Below are positions 45,613 through 52,599 of a DNA stretch of 52,599 nucleotides, piece by piece (positions within the stretch are counted from its first letter, which is position 1; the number at the start of each line of letters is the position of its first letter). The stretch comes from an uncultured Bacilli bacterium. Lineage in GTDB: Bacteria; Bacillota_I; Bacilli_A; RF39; UBA660. The stretch spans positions 1 through 52,599 of the forward strand of contig CANQSL010000004.1 of assembly GCA_947626515.1 (NCBI GenBank), given 5' to 3'. Below the pieces are notes generated by a model. The model made no database searches. It was not told where the DNA came from and saw only the letters and a program-made list of their open reading frames with translations. A program made the position numbers and the translations under genes.

Positions 45613-46131
45613 ATGAATCAATTAATAGAATCTTCATATTTAGATAAATTGCTAATAAAAACCAAAGAAAATAATCAAGAGGCTTTTCATGAATTATATG
45701 AAATATTAAAAGCTCCAATTTATTCATATAGTTTAACACTTCTTAAAAATAAAGACGATGCATTAGATAATATCCAAGATGTATTTATTAAAATTTATGA
45801 AAATATAAGTTCTTATGAACCAATGAAAAAACCTCTAAATTGGATATTTACAATTACTAAAAACTTAGCGTTTACTAAATTAAGAAAAAGAAAAGATACA
45901 GTTGACATAGATCAAACGTTAATTACTACTAAAAATTCTAAGGAAGATCAAATTTTTTTAAAATTTTTATTAAAACAATTATCTCAAGAAGAACAAACAA
46001 TAATCTTACTTCACCTTTTATGGGGATTTAAATTTCAAGAAATTGCTAAAATAATAGATAGTAATTTATCTACAGTACTTTCAAAATATCATCGTGCTAT
46101 TAAAAAAATAAAGGAAAAGGAGGAAATATAA
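45613..46131 (+). CDS. ECF-type sigma-70 family RNA polymerase sigma factor
   Basis: Region 2 (FHELYEILKAPIYSYSLTLLKNKDDALDNIQDVFIKIY) and region 4 (LSQEEQTIILLHLLWGFKFQEIAKIIDSNLSTVLSKYHRAIKKI). Start at ATG 45613 after GAGAGGTGA. Confidence 0.82.
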   Translation: MNQLIESSYLDKLLIKTKENNQEAFHELYEILKAPIYSYSLTLLKNKDDALDNIQDVFIKIYENISSYEPMKKPLNWIFTITKNLAFTKLRKRKDTVDIDQTLITTKNSKEDQIFLKFLLKQLSQEEQTIILLHLLWGFKFQEIAKIIDSNLSTVLSKYHRAIKKIKEKEEI

Positions 46132-47468
46132 TGAAGAAAAAAGAATTTAAACAAAAATTATTTGATATGTACAATAACGAAATCCCTGATCAATTTGATG
46201 AAATTATCTTAAAGTGTAAAAAAATTAGAAATGGAAGGAAAAAAGAAATGGAAAAGAAATCTAAAAAAAGTTTTTGGGGGTTTAGATTATCTATAGCTGT
46301 AAGTGCAATAATTTTAATATTAGGGATTTCATATTTTTCTTATGATACTAATTTTAAAGTAGATTCTATTATAGATATTGATGTTAATCCTAGCATTGAA
46401 TTAAAAATAAATAAAAAAGATCAAATTATAAAGTATAAAGCACTAAATGATGATGCTAAAGAGATTTTAGACGGAATGGATTTAGAAAAAGTTGATATAG
46501 ACATAGCTTTAAATGCTATTATTGGATCTATGGTTACTAAAGGATATTTAGACGATATCTCAAATTCAATTCTTATTTCAGTAGATAATAATGATCAAAA
46601 TAAAGCAGAAAAAATTAGAAAAGAATTAGTTAGTAAAATTGATAATATATTAAATACTGATAAAATTCAAAGTTCAGTGCTTAGTCAAACAATGTCAAAT
46701 AATAAAAATTTAAGTGAAGAAGAAAAACTATCTAAAGATTATGATATATCTTTAGGAAAAGCAAAACTTATTGTAGATTTAACAAAAAATAACTCACTAT
46801 TAAAAAAAGAAGATTTAGTTAATCTTTCAATAAATGAAATAAATGTACTAGCTGAAGGAAAAAACAGTAGTTTAACTAATGTAGAAAAACAAGGAGAAGC
46901 GAGTACTAAAGCATATATAGGTAAAGAAAAAGCTAAAGACATTGCATTAAATCATGCTAAAGTAACTAATCCACAAAAATTAGAAATAGAATTTGATGCT
47001 GATGACGGAATGATAGTTTATGATGTGGAATTTGAAACTAATTCTTATGAATATGATTATGAAATAGATGCAGTAAATGGTAATATTATTAATTCTAAAA
47101 AAGAAATAAATGATGATATAACAACTAATTCAAATACAACTAATAACAACACTGATATTGATTATGACGATGATGATGACGACGATTATGACGATGATGA
47201 CGATGATTATTATTACGACAATAAAACAACAACAAAGAAAACTACTACTACCAAAACTACTACTTATATTAGTTCTGACAAAGCTAAAGAAATAGCGTTA
47301 AATCACTCAAAAATTAGTAATCCTAAAAAAATTAAAGTTGAGTTTGATAAAGAAGATCACGAATATAGTGTTGAATTTATATATGAAGAATATGAATATG
47401 ATTATGAAATAGATGCTATTTCTGGGAAAATTATTGATTATGATAAAGAAAGAATAGATAACGATTAA
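46131..47468 (+). CDS. Anti-sigma factor, single-pass membrane protein with two C-terminal PepSY domains
   Basis: TAATG overlap with the sigma gene. TM segment LSIAVSAIILILGISYF. Two PepSY-like repeats (YIGKEKAKDIALNHAKVTNPQKLEIEFDADDGMIVYDVEF...YEIDAVNGNII and YISSDKAKEIALNHSKISNPKKIKVEFDKEDHEYSVEF...YEIDAISGKII) separated by poly-Asp and Thr/Lys tracts. Confidence 0.8.
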   Translation: MKKKEFKQKLFDMYNNEIPDQFDEIILKCKKIRNGRKKEMEKKSKKSFWGFRLSIAVSAIILILGISYFSYDTNFKVDSIIDIDVNPSIELKINKKDQIIKYKALNDDAKEILDGMDLEKVDIDIALNAIIGSMVTKGYLDDISNSILISVDNNDQNKAEKIRKELVSKIDNILNTDKIQSSVLSQTMSNNKNLSEEEKLSKDYDISLGKAKLIVDLTKNNSLLKKEDLVNLSINEINVLAEGKNSSLTNVEKQGEASTKAYIGKEKAKDIALNHAKVTNPQKLEIEFDADDGMIVYDVEFETNSYEYDYEIDAVNGNIINSKKEINDDITTNSNTTNNNTDIDYDDDDDDDYDDDDDDYYYDNKTTTKKTTTTKTTTYISSDKAKEIALNHSKISNPKKIKVEFDKEDHEYSVEFIYEEYEYDYEIDAISGKIIDYDKERIDND

Positions 47469-47502
47469 AAAAGCAATTGATTACACTATCAATTGTTTTT
47501 TT
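47467..47502. terminator. Bidirectional terminator between the anti-sigma and nitroreductase genes
   Basis: Stem caattgat / atcaattg with loop tacact, flanked by an A-run on the left and a T7 run on the right. Confidence 0.65.
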
Positions 47503-48007
47503 ATACATATTCAACAAATTCGTCAAGATTTTTTCTAATTAAATGCATTGGACTAACAGGACAATCTTCAGTTCTGTAACCTATTGGCATAATCATTATA
47601 GGTTCTATGTCAGGTTCCATTTTAAATTCTTTTTTTAATATGTCTCTATCAAACATCTCTATCCAAATATTATCTACTCCTAAATTTGTAGCTTCTAACA
47701 TCATATGCGTTGCTACTATTGAAGCATCAATTTCGTAAGTAGAATGATTATTTTTATTAAAAGATTTTGATTTATCGCATGCAACAATAAAACATATTGG
47801 AGCGTTGTATCTACAAGGTGATGCTTTATCTATTTTTTCTAAACCTTCATTTGATTCAACTACAAATATCTTTTGTGGTTGAAGATTTTTAGCTGTAGGA
47901 GCTAAAGTACCAGCTTCTAATATTTTTGTAATTATTTCATTACTTACTTTTTCCTTTTTAAATTTTCTTATAGCACATCTATTTTTTATTACATTCTCAA
48001 AATTCAT
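47501..48007 (-). CDS. Nitroreductase-family oxidoreductase
   Basis: RCAIRKFKKEKVS...ILEAGTLAPTAKNLQPQK is the typical nitroreductase N-terminus. 168 aa. AAAGGAGA SD. Confidence 0.8.
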   Translation of the reverse strand: MNFENVIKNRCAIRKFKKEKVSNEIITKILEAGTLAPTAKNLQPQKIFVVESNEGLEKIDKASPCRYNAPICFIVACDKSKSFNKNNHSTYEIDASIVATHMMLEATNLGVDNIWIEMFDRDILKKEFKMEPDIEPIMIMPIGYRTEDCPVSPMHLIRKNLDEFVEYV

Positions 48008-48020
48008 AAATTAATCTCCT

Positions 48021-48470
48021 TTAATAAATATGTCCATTATATTTTTTCATTATCTTAAGACATGGTTCTCTATCAATTTGCTGCAAAGTAATCATTTCAT
48101 TTTTTCCCTCTATAAAGTCATATATCGCTTTATCCCTAAAACCTATATCTGCAGCATCATTTTTCGTACATCCAAAATAAACTTCTTTTATATTAGCCCA
48201 TATTATCGCTGATAAGCACATAGGACATGGCTCACATGATGTATATAAAACATACTCTGATAAATCATTAGTATTTAAAATCTTACACGCTTCACGAATT
48301 GCAACAATCTCTGCATGTGCTGTAGGATCTTTATCTAATAAAGTTTTATTATTTGCACAAGATATAACATCTCCATTTTTAGAAACTATTACTGCACCAA
48401 AAGGGCCTCCTTCTTCTTTTGATATTCCCTCATTAGCTTTGACAATTGCCATTTTCATATATTCGTTCAT
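48021..48470 (-). CDS. guaD: CDA-fold nucleoside/nucleobase deaminase, guanine deaminase (GuaD)-like
   Basis: GGPFGAVIV, zinc ligands HAE and CEPCPMC. Length and C-terminal layout match my recollection of B. subtilis GuaD. A TadA-like role is not excluded. Confidence 0.65.
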   Translation of the reverse strand: MNEYMKMAIVKANEGISKEEGGPFGAVIVSKNGDVISCANNKTLLDKDPTAHAEIVAIREACKILNTNDLSEYVLYTSCEPCPMCLSAIIWANIKEVYFGCTKNDAADIGFRDKAIYDFIEGKNEMITLQQIDREPCLKIMKKYNGHIY

Positions 48471-48489
48471 ATTAATCCCCCTAAAAAAA

Positions 48490-49056
48490 TTATTTTTTTA
48501 AATCTAGTCCATCTTTAAAAGCATTTCCTACTCTTTCGGTAACTTTATAGTATCCATGTGTATAAGGATCAAATGCTATAGCATCAACTAAAGATATATC
48601 TATATTTTCCCCTTTAAATACTGTTTCTAATGCAGTGACATTTAAGACTTTGCCTATAACACCACAACCATAAACATTATCTTGATACTCTAAAAATTCA
48701 CATTCCATACAAATTGGAAACTCATTTATTATTGGCGCATCAACCAACTCAGATTTAATTGATGTTAAACCACTATTTTCAAACTTATTTGGAGTATCAT
48801 TAGAAGATACAATACCAAAATAATCTGCTTCCTTAACATGTTTGCTATCTGCTATGCTTACAGTAAAAGCTTTTTTATTTTTAATGTTTGAAACAGTTTT
48901 ATGGGTTTCAGTTAAATTTAAAGCAATTATCCCTCTATCAACCATCATACCCCATGCTGCATTCATAACGTCAACACTTCCATCTTCATTATATGTAGCT
49001 ATCAATAATACTGGCATTGGAAATATAGCTTCAGTATTTTTTACATTTTTTCTCAT
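48490..49056 (-). CDS. Flavin reductase-like (FMN-binding split-barrel) protein
   Basis: PMPVLLIATYNEDGSVDVMNAAWGMM is the typical N-terminal pattern of this family. 188 aa. Confidence 0.75.
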   Translation of the reverse strand: MRKNVKNTEAIFPMPVLLIATYNEDGSVDVMNAAWGMMVDRGIIALNLTETHKTVSNIKNKKAFTVSIADSKHVKEADYFGIVSSNDTPNKFENSGLTSIKSELVDAPIINEFPICMECEFLEYQDNVYGCGVIGKVLNVTALETVFKGENIDISLVDAIAFDPYTHGYYKVTERVGNAFKDGLDLKK

Positions 49057-49250
49057 AATATTTTCCTTTCATTTTTATTATAACAAATTTCAATATTTAA
49101 TAATAGATTTAAAGTAAAACTCAAATTATAAAAGTTTGAGTTTAAATATCAAAATGGTACGGAAATATAGTATATCCGAACTAGGAAAAGTTGATAAACA
49201 ACTAATCACTAAAAATTTTATATCACATTTTTCCAATATTTAAACATTTT

Positions 49251-49280
49251 TTGTCCAAATAATTTAAAATATGTTATAAT
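49251..49280 (+). promoter_or_regulatory. Sigma-A promoter with extended -10 for the 876-aa gene
   Basis: TTGTCC (49251-56), 18-nt spacer ending TGt, TATAAT (49275-80). AAAGGGGA SD before ATG 49309. Confidence 0.6.
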
Positions 49281-49308
49281 AAAAGGCATATTTGTCAAAG
49301 GGGATAAT

Positions 49309-51939
49309 ATGGAAACAACAACTTTTAGTATTGATTTTAAAAACATTAGAACATATAAAAATAAAAAAATAACTAATATTTTAAAAAGAATAGATGATGA
49401 AGAAATAAATTTATTAATTGATTCTAGTGTTGTTGAATTTATATCAACACTGGATGGAGATACTATAAATTCTCTTTTTAAAAATTCAGGTTCTTCGTTG
49501 CAAAACAAACTATGGAATAATGATTTAATACAAAAAGTTTTAATATTTGGTAAAAAAGATATTACAAATTTACATTGGGATGAACAAGTTATAAGGAATC
49601 TTGAAAATTTAAATAAGATTATTAAATCACAATCAATTAAAAAACAAATGTACACAAATAAATATTTTATTACAGCACTAACATCTGCTATTAAAATAGA
49701 AAATAGATTCTTTCATTCTTATGACATTAATAAAGTATTCGAAAGTATAGTTTATAGTGATCAATTTAAATCATTATCAAGCGATAAGCAATTAAGAATA
49801 ATTGAAAAGTTAAATAGTTATACAAATGATATTTTACTTCCTATTGATTTTAGACAAAGATATAAAAATATTGAAAGAATATTATTTTCTATCGATATAA
49901 GCAAGCTTGATGAAAGTATAATTTCACAACTAAATGATGATGAATTGTTTTTTATAGATTATATAAGGAATGATAAAAATAATAATCAAGCAATAAAAAA
50001 ATATATAATTGAAAATATTAAATCAAAAGGAAAAACATTTGAACAATTTATGGATGAAATGAAAACAAGAAATAATCTTATAAATGGACGAATATGTGAT
50101 GTTTATGGAAGATTACTACATTCAAATGATTTAAATCAAAAAGTATTTGAAATACTTTTATATGAAATAGATGATGAATTAATAAAAGAAAAAATGTTAA
50201 GATATTTGCTATCTATCATAATGAAAGATAGTTCAATAAATTCAGAAACAATGTATAAAACTTTAAAAAGAAATTTAAATTATAATTTATTAACATATAA
50301 AGATATTAATAATTTAACAAGTCAATATGATTATTTAAATAAAGACTTAAGATTAATGTTTTACTTAAAATTTAATATTTCTCTTGCAAGTGCTAGATAT
50401 TTAAGTGGTATAACTGTTGATCAATTATCTAAAATAAATGTAAAACATATTAATAAATTATTGAAATTTTTAGAAGATAAAACTCAAGATGAGTTGTCTT
50501 CAATATATGGAATATGTATAAAACTATATTTTATATTTGGTTATGAAAGAAGTATTGAAATATTAAGTGGTAAATATGGAGAGTATAATAGAACATTTTT
50601 AGCTAATGTTGCTAAAGCTGATGTAAGTAAAGTATTAATGATTGAAGAGTACAACAAATATTTACCATCAATAGATAGAAGATTTATTAATTTTATGTTT
50701 GAAACTTCAAAAAACAATCACTTTATAGATATGTTAAATAATAAGAATTCAGAATTATATAAAAGATGGTATTATTTTTATAACAACTATGATGAGATAC
50801 TTGAAAAATGTCATAACGAAATTACAATGAAAAAGGTTGTTTCAATACTAGAAACTGAAAAATATGACATAAATAGAAAAATAATAACGCCTGATTGTTA
50901 TTTATTAAATAATAATGATTTTTTAGAAAATATTGTTTTAGGCAATAAAACCGGATATAGCAATGATGATGTTTTAAAAAGTATAGTTGAAATATATAGG
51001 GAGATGAAAAAAAGAGTTGAATCTAGTATCCCATATGTAGAAGGTATATCAGTAGATGGATACAAATTTCAAACATTAAAATTTGATGATTATAAAATAT
51101 TTGAATTGGGATACAAAGCTAATTGCTGTATAAGAACATTAGATATTGCTCATAATCATTTATTACATGCTGCTTTATGTAGAAACGGAAGAATATTACT
51201 AATATATGATAAATTAGGTGATTTAGCTGCATTTTGTCCTATTAAGAGAAATGGTAATGTTTTAATTGTTAATAGTATCGAATGCGTAGATAAACGATTT
51301 GACAAAACAGGAGATTATATAAAAACTGCATTTAGTCAATGTATTCAAGAAATTGTAAATACAAGTATATCAAGCAATGAACCAATAGAATTAGTATGTA
51401 TTGGAAGAAAATCTTATTTAAAGCCAAAAGTTGTACAATTCCCAACAAATGTCGAAACACCAACTATTTATGAAAAAGATGATGATACATATAAAAATAC
51501 TGATATTTATCATAAATCTTTAGACATAGTTTATAAAGCTGATAATTTTAATTTTGAAAGTATTAAAAAAGGTAATCCTAATGTTTCTTATAATGATCCT
51601 AGACCATCAATTACTTCCTGTGATTTTTGGCAGTCATCTAAAGAAGAACAAGAAAAAGCATTAAATGTTATTAATGCTATTAGATACGCTAGTTCTGAAT
51701 TAAAAGAATTAGAAAAGTTTAGATTATGTGAAAAATATGGAATACATTGTTGCTTATATAATAAAGATTGGTATATTTTAAAAGCTTTTGATGGGAATAT
51801 TTATGGTGATTGTTTAAAAGATGATGAAAGAGCTATTGCTGAATATAATATTGCTTTACAAGAATTTCAAAACAAATTTTATTCAGAACAACAAAATGAT
51901 GAATTAAAGCTTGTTAAAAAATTTAACCTTCCAAGATGA
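49309..51939 (+). CDS. Large orphan hypothetical protein (876 aa): helical N-terminal ~570 aa plus a Cys/His-rich C-terminal region
   Basis: Long clean ORF with a strong SD, its own promoter and its own terminator. It is one of only a few plus-strand genes and the only one in its neighbourhood. No P-loop, signal peptide or TM segment. C-terminal block ELGYKANCCIRTLDIAHNHLLHAALCRNGRILLIYDKLGDLAAFCPIKRNGNVLIVNSIECV. Confidence 0.85.
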   Translation: METTTFSIDFKNIRTYKNKKITNILKRIDDEEINLLIDSSVVEFISTLDGDTINSLFKNSGSSLQNKLWNNDLIQKVLIFGKKDITNLHWDEQVIRNLENLNKIIKSQSIKKQMYTNKYFITALTSAIKIENRFFHSYDINKVFESIVYSDQFKSLSSDKQLRIIEKLNSYTNDILLPIDFRQRYKNIERILFSIDISKLDESIISQLNDDELFFIDYIRNDKNNNQAIKKYIIENIKSKGKTFEQFMDEMKTRNNLINGRICDVYGRLLHSNDLNQKVFEILLYEIDDELIKEKMLRYLLSIIMKDSSINSETMYKTLKRNLNYNLLTYKDINNLTSQYDYLNKDLRLMFYLKFNISLASARYLSGITVDQLSKINVKHINKLLKFLEDKTQDELSSIYGICIKLYFIFGYERSIEILSGKYGEYNRTFLANVAKADVSKVLMIEEYNKYLPSIDRRFINFMFETSKNNHFIDMLNNKNSELYKRWYYFYNNYDEILEKCHNEITMKKVVSILETEKYDINRKIITPDCYLLNNNDFLENIVLGNKTGYSNDDVLKSIVEIYREMKKRVESSIPYVEGISVDGYKFQTLKFDDYKIFELGYKANCCIRTLDIAHNHLLHAALCRNGRILLIYDKLGDLAAFCPIKRNGNVLIVNSIECVDKRFDKTGDYIKTAFSQCIQEIVNTSISSNEPIELVCIGRKSYLKPKVVQFPTNVETPTIYEKDDDTYKNTDIYHKSLDIVYKADNFNFESIKKGNPNVSYNDPRPSITSCDFWQSSKEEQEKALNVINAIRYASSELKELEKFRLCEKYGIHCCLYNKDWYILKAFDGNIYGDCLKDDERAIAEYNIALQEFQNKFYSEQQNDELKLVKKFNLPR

Positions 51940-51966
51940 TTTATCTTTCAAAATCATCTTTTTCTT
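51933..51966. terminator. Terminator shared by the 876-aa gene and the convergent gene remnant
   Basis: 10-bp stem aagatgattt / aaatcatctt with loop atctttca, then a T-run. The TGA stop of the plus gene lies in the left arm and the TAA of the minus-strand remnant lies in the loop. Confidence 0.7.
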
Positions 51967-52398
51967 TGCTTAAATCTAAATCTTCAATGTCATAATCTAA
52001 TACATCATCATACATTTCATTAACAACATCAATATATTTATCATCTTTATCATACCAACTATGAAGTTTACTATGTAGGAATGAAATTAGTTTTTTAAAC
52101 TCATCTTTTCAAGAGCATTTTGTATATCCTTTATTTTAGATTTTAAAAATGATATTTCATTATCCTTTTCTTTAATAGTATCATTTAAAGTCTTAACTCT
52201 TAAATTAAGTGCCTCATTATTTTCAATAAGAGTTTTAGTCTTATTAGATAAATTTTCAATAAAGACTTCATTAATAATTAAATATTAAGAATGTTGTATC
52301 ATTTATGATTATTCTATCTGGTTCGATATAAGTTAAATTGTTTTTATCTATTTTTCTTATACTTCCATTAATGATAGTAGAAATAGTTTTAGCAAACA
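51941..52398 (-). pseudogene. Frameshifted ~165-codon coiled-coil gene of unknown function (three reading-frame pieces)
   Basis: My minus-strand translation gives three pieces. Piece 1 is (V)FAKTISTIINGSIRKIDKNNLTYIEPDRIIINDTTFLIFNY*. Piece 2 (+1) is LIINEVFIENLSNKTKTLIENNEALNLRVKTLNDTIKEKDNEISFLKSKIKDIQNALEKMSLKN*. Piece 3 is KLISFLHSKLHSWYDKDDKYIDVVNEMYDDVLDYDIEDLDLSKEKDDFER*. No ORF of 60 aa or more appears in the track here. Confidence 0.5.
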
Positions 52399-52428
52399 CA
52401 AAAAAACTAATCCATTTCTGAATTAGTT
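52399..52428 (-). terminator. Terminator downstream of tRNA-Met
   Basis: Stem aactaat / attagtt (52405-11 / 52422-28) followed on the minus strand by a U-run (A-run 52399-52406 on plus). Confidence 0.55.
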
Positions 52429-52470
52429 ATTTATCAAGCCCAAACATAAAAGCTCGAGCAGATTTTCTCT

Positions 52471-52547
52471 TGGTAGCGGCGGAGAGGGTCGAACTCCCGA
52501 CCTACCGGGTATGAACCGGTCGCTCTAGCCAACTGAGCTATGCCGCC
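52471..52547 (-). tRNA. tRNA-Met (anticodon CAT), elongator type, CCA encoded
   Basis: The reverse complement GGCGGCATAGCTCAGTTGGCTAGAGCGACCGGTTCATACCCGGTAGGTCGGGAGTTCGACCCTCTCCGCCGCTACCA folds by eye into a cloverleaf. D stem GCTC/GAGC; anticodon stem ACCGG/CCGGT with loop TTCATAC; T stem GGGAG/CTCTC with TTCGACC loop. It lacks the C1-A72 initiator feature. A lysidine-modified tRNA-Ile2 cannot be fully excluded. Confidence 0.85.
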
Positions 52548-52599
52548 ATAAAATGTAAGCAATATAATAATAGCATATTTACTTATAATTTACAATACA

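Noticed and set aside
47154-47219. Tandem GAT/GAC trinucleotide repeats, considered as a possible repeat array or CRISPR-like feature
   Set aside because: It is in frame inside the anti-sigma ORF and encodes a poly-Asp tract. There are no spacers and no repeat unit longer than 3 nt. I noticed no CRISPR-like direct repeats anywhere in the window.
49154-49249. 31-codon ORF MVRKYSISELGKVDKQLITKNFISHFSNI upstream of the 876-aa gene, whose first residues recall MerR/excisionase-type HTH N-termini
   Set aside because: It has no SD, is very short, and overlaps the -35 region of the next promoter. At most it is a gene relic. It is mentioned only as weak support for decay around the orphan gene.
49218-49655. 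145-aa minus-strand ORF overlapping the start of the 876-aa gene
   Set aside because: It is antisense to a long gene with a strong SD, covers that gene's promoter, and has hydrophobic low-complexity content with no SD. Judged spurious.
51937-51939. Mollicutes-type genetic code (TGA = Trp), considered because of the extreme AT richness
   Set aside because: The TGA here ends the 876-aa ORF exactly inside its terminator stem. Trp residues in conserved motifs are TGG, and all conserved genes translate full length with the standard code.
49057-52470. Genomic island integrated at tRNA-Met, with att direct repeats
   Set aside because: I found no integrase gene and, by eye, no second copy of the tRNA 3' end (tggtagcggcggagagg...) near 49057-49300. 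The island idea therefore remains context-based only and is not annotated as a mobile element.
52471-52547. Initiator tRNA-fMet or tRNA-Ile2 (lysidine) identity for the CAT-anticodon tRNA
   Set aside because: It lacks the 1-72 mismatch (C1-A72) and the three consecutive G-C pairs in the anticodon stem typical of initiators. From memory its sequence closely resembles Bacillus elongator tRNA-Met. tRNA-Ile2 cannot be strictly excluded without a classifier.

Overview
Very AT-rich chromosomal segment (roughly a quarter G+C by eye) from a Gram-positive, Bacillota-type bacterium. Supporting signs are T-box leaders, GatCAB, a sortase and Ku/LigD. The genetic code is standard: TGA is used as a stop and Trp is TGG. 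There are about 50 genes, almost all on the minus strand.

Left to right:
- three surface/secreted repeat proteins
- a translationally coupled Ku-LigD (ligase-only) NHEJ pair
- a class B sortase convergent with an NPKTG-signal beta-helix protein
- an operon of a membrane XRE regulator, a TtcA-like PP-loop enzyme and a possible R-S-E ADP-ribosyltransferase-like protein
- a HAD hydrolase and a transglutaminase-like protein
- cadC-cadA with a clear operator
- holA, two unknowns and a Xer-type recombinase
- a NUDIX hydrolase
- a 7.6-kb T-box-controlled hisS-asnS-aspS-gatCAB operon
- a three-gene operon: sigma region 4 plus three RNAP alpha-CTD-like repeats, then two tandem paralogs
- a PBP2-type transpeptidase, ftsK and nrnA
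- an LRR protein plus a 92-aa protein downstream of miaA
- T-box(Leu), a small membrane protein and leuS
- a DUF2130/kinase/DUF1287 operon
- an ECF sigma factor with a PepSY anti-sigma factor
- nitroreductase, guanine-deaminase-like and flavin reductase genes
- an orphan plus-strand 876-aa protein with its own promoter and terminator
- a frameshifted gene remnant and tRNA-Met

No CRISPR array, transposase, integrase/att pair or rRNA was seen.

The best candidates for something undescribed are:
1. the alpha-CTD/sigma-4 trio (27638-30348)
2. the orphan 876-aa gene next to tRNA-Met (49309-51939)
3. the LRR + 92-aa pair (35918-37610)
4. the T-box in front of hisS, which reads as an Asp sensor

All functional calls come from motif recognition by eye. 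No database search or folding program was available.
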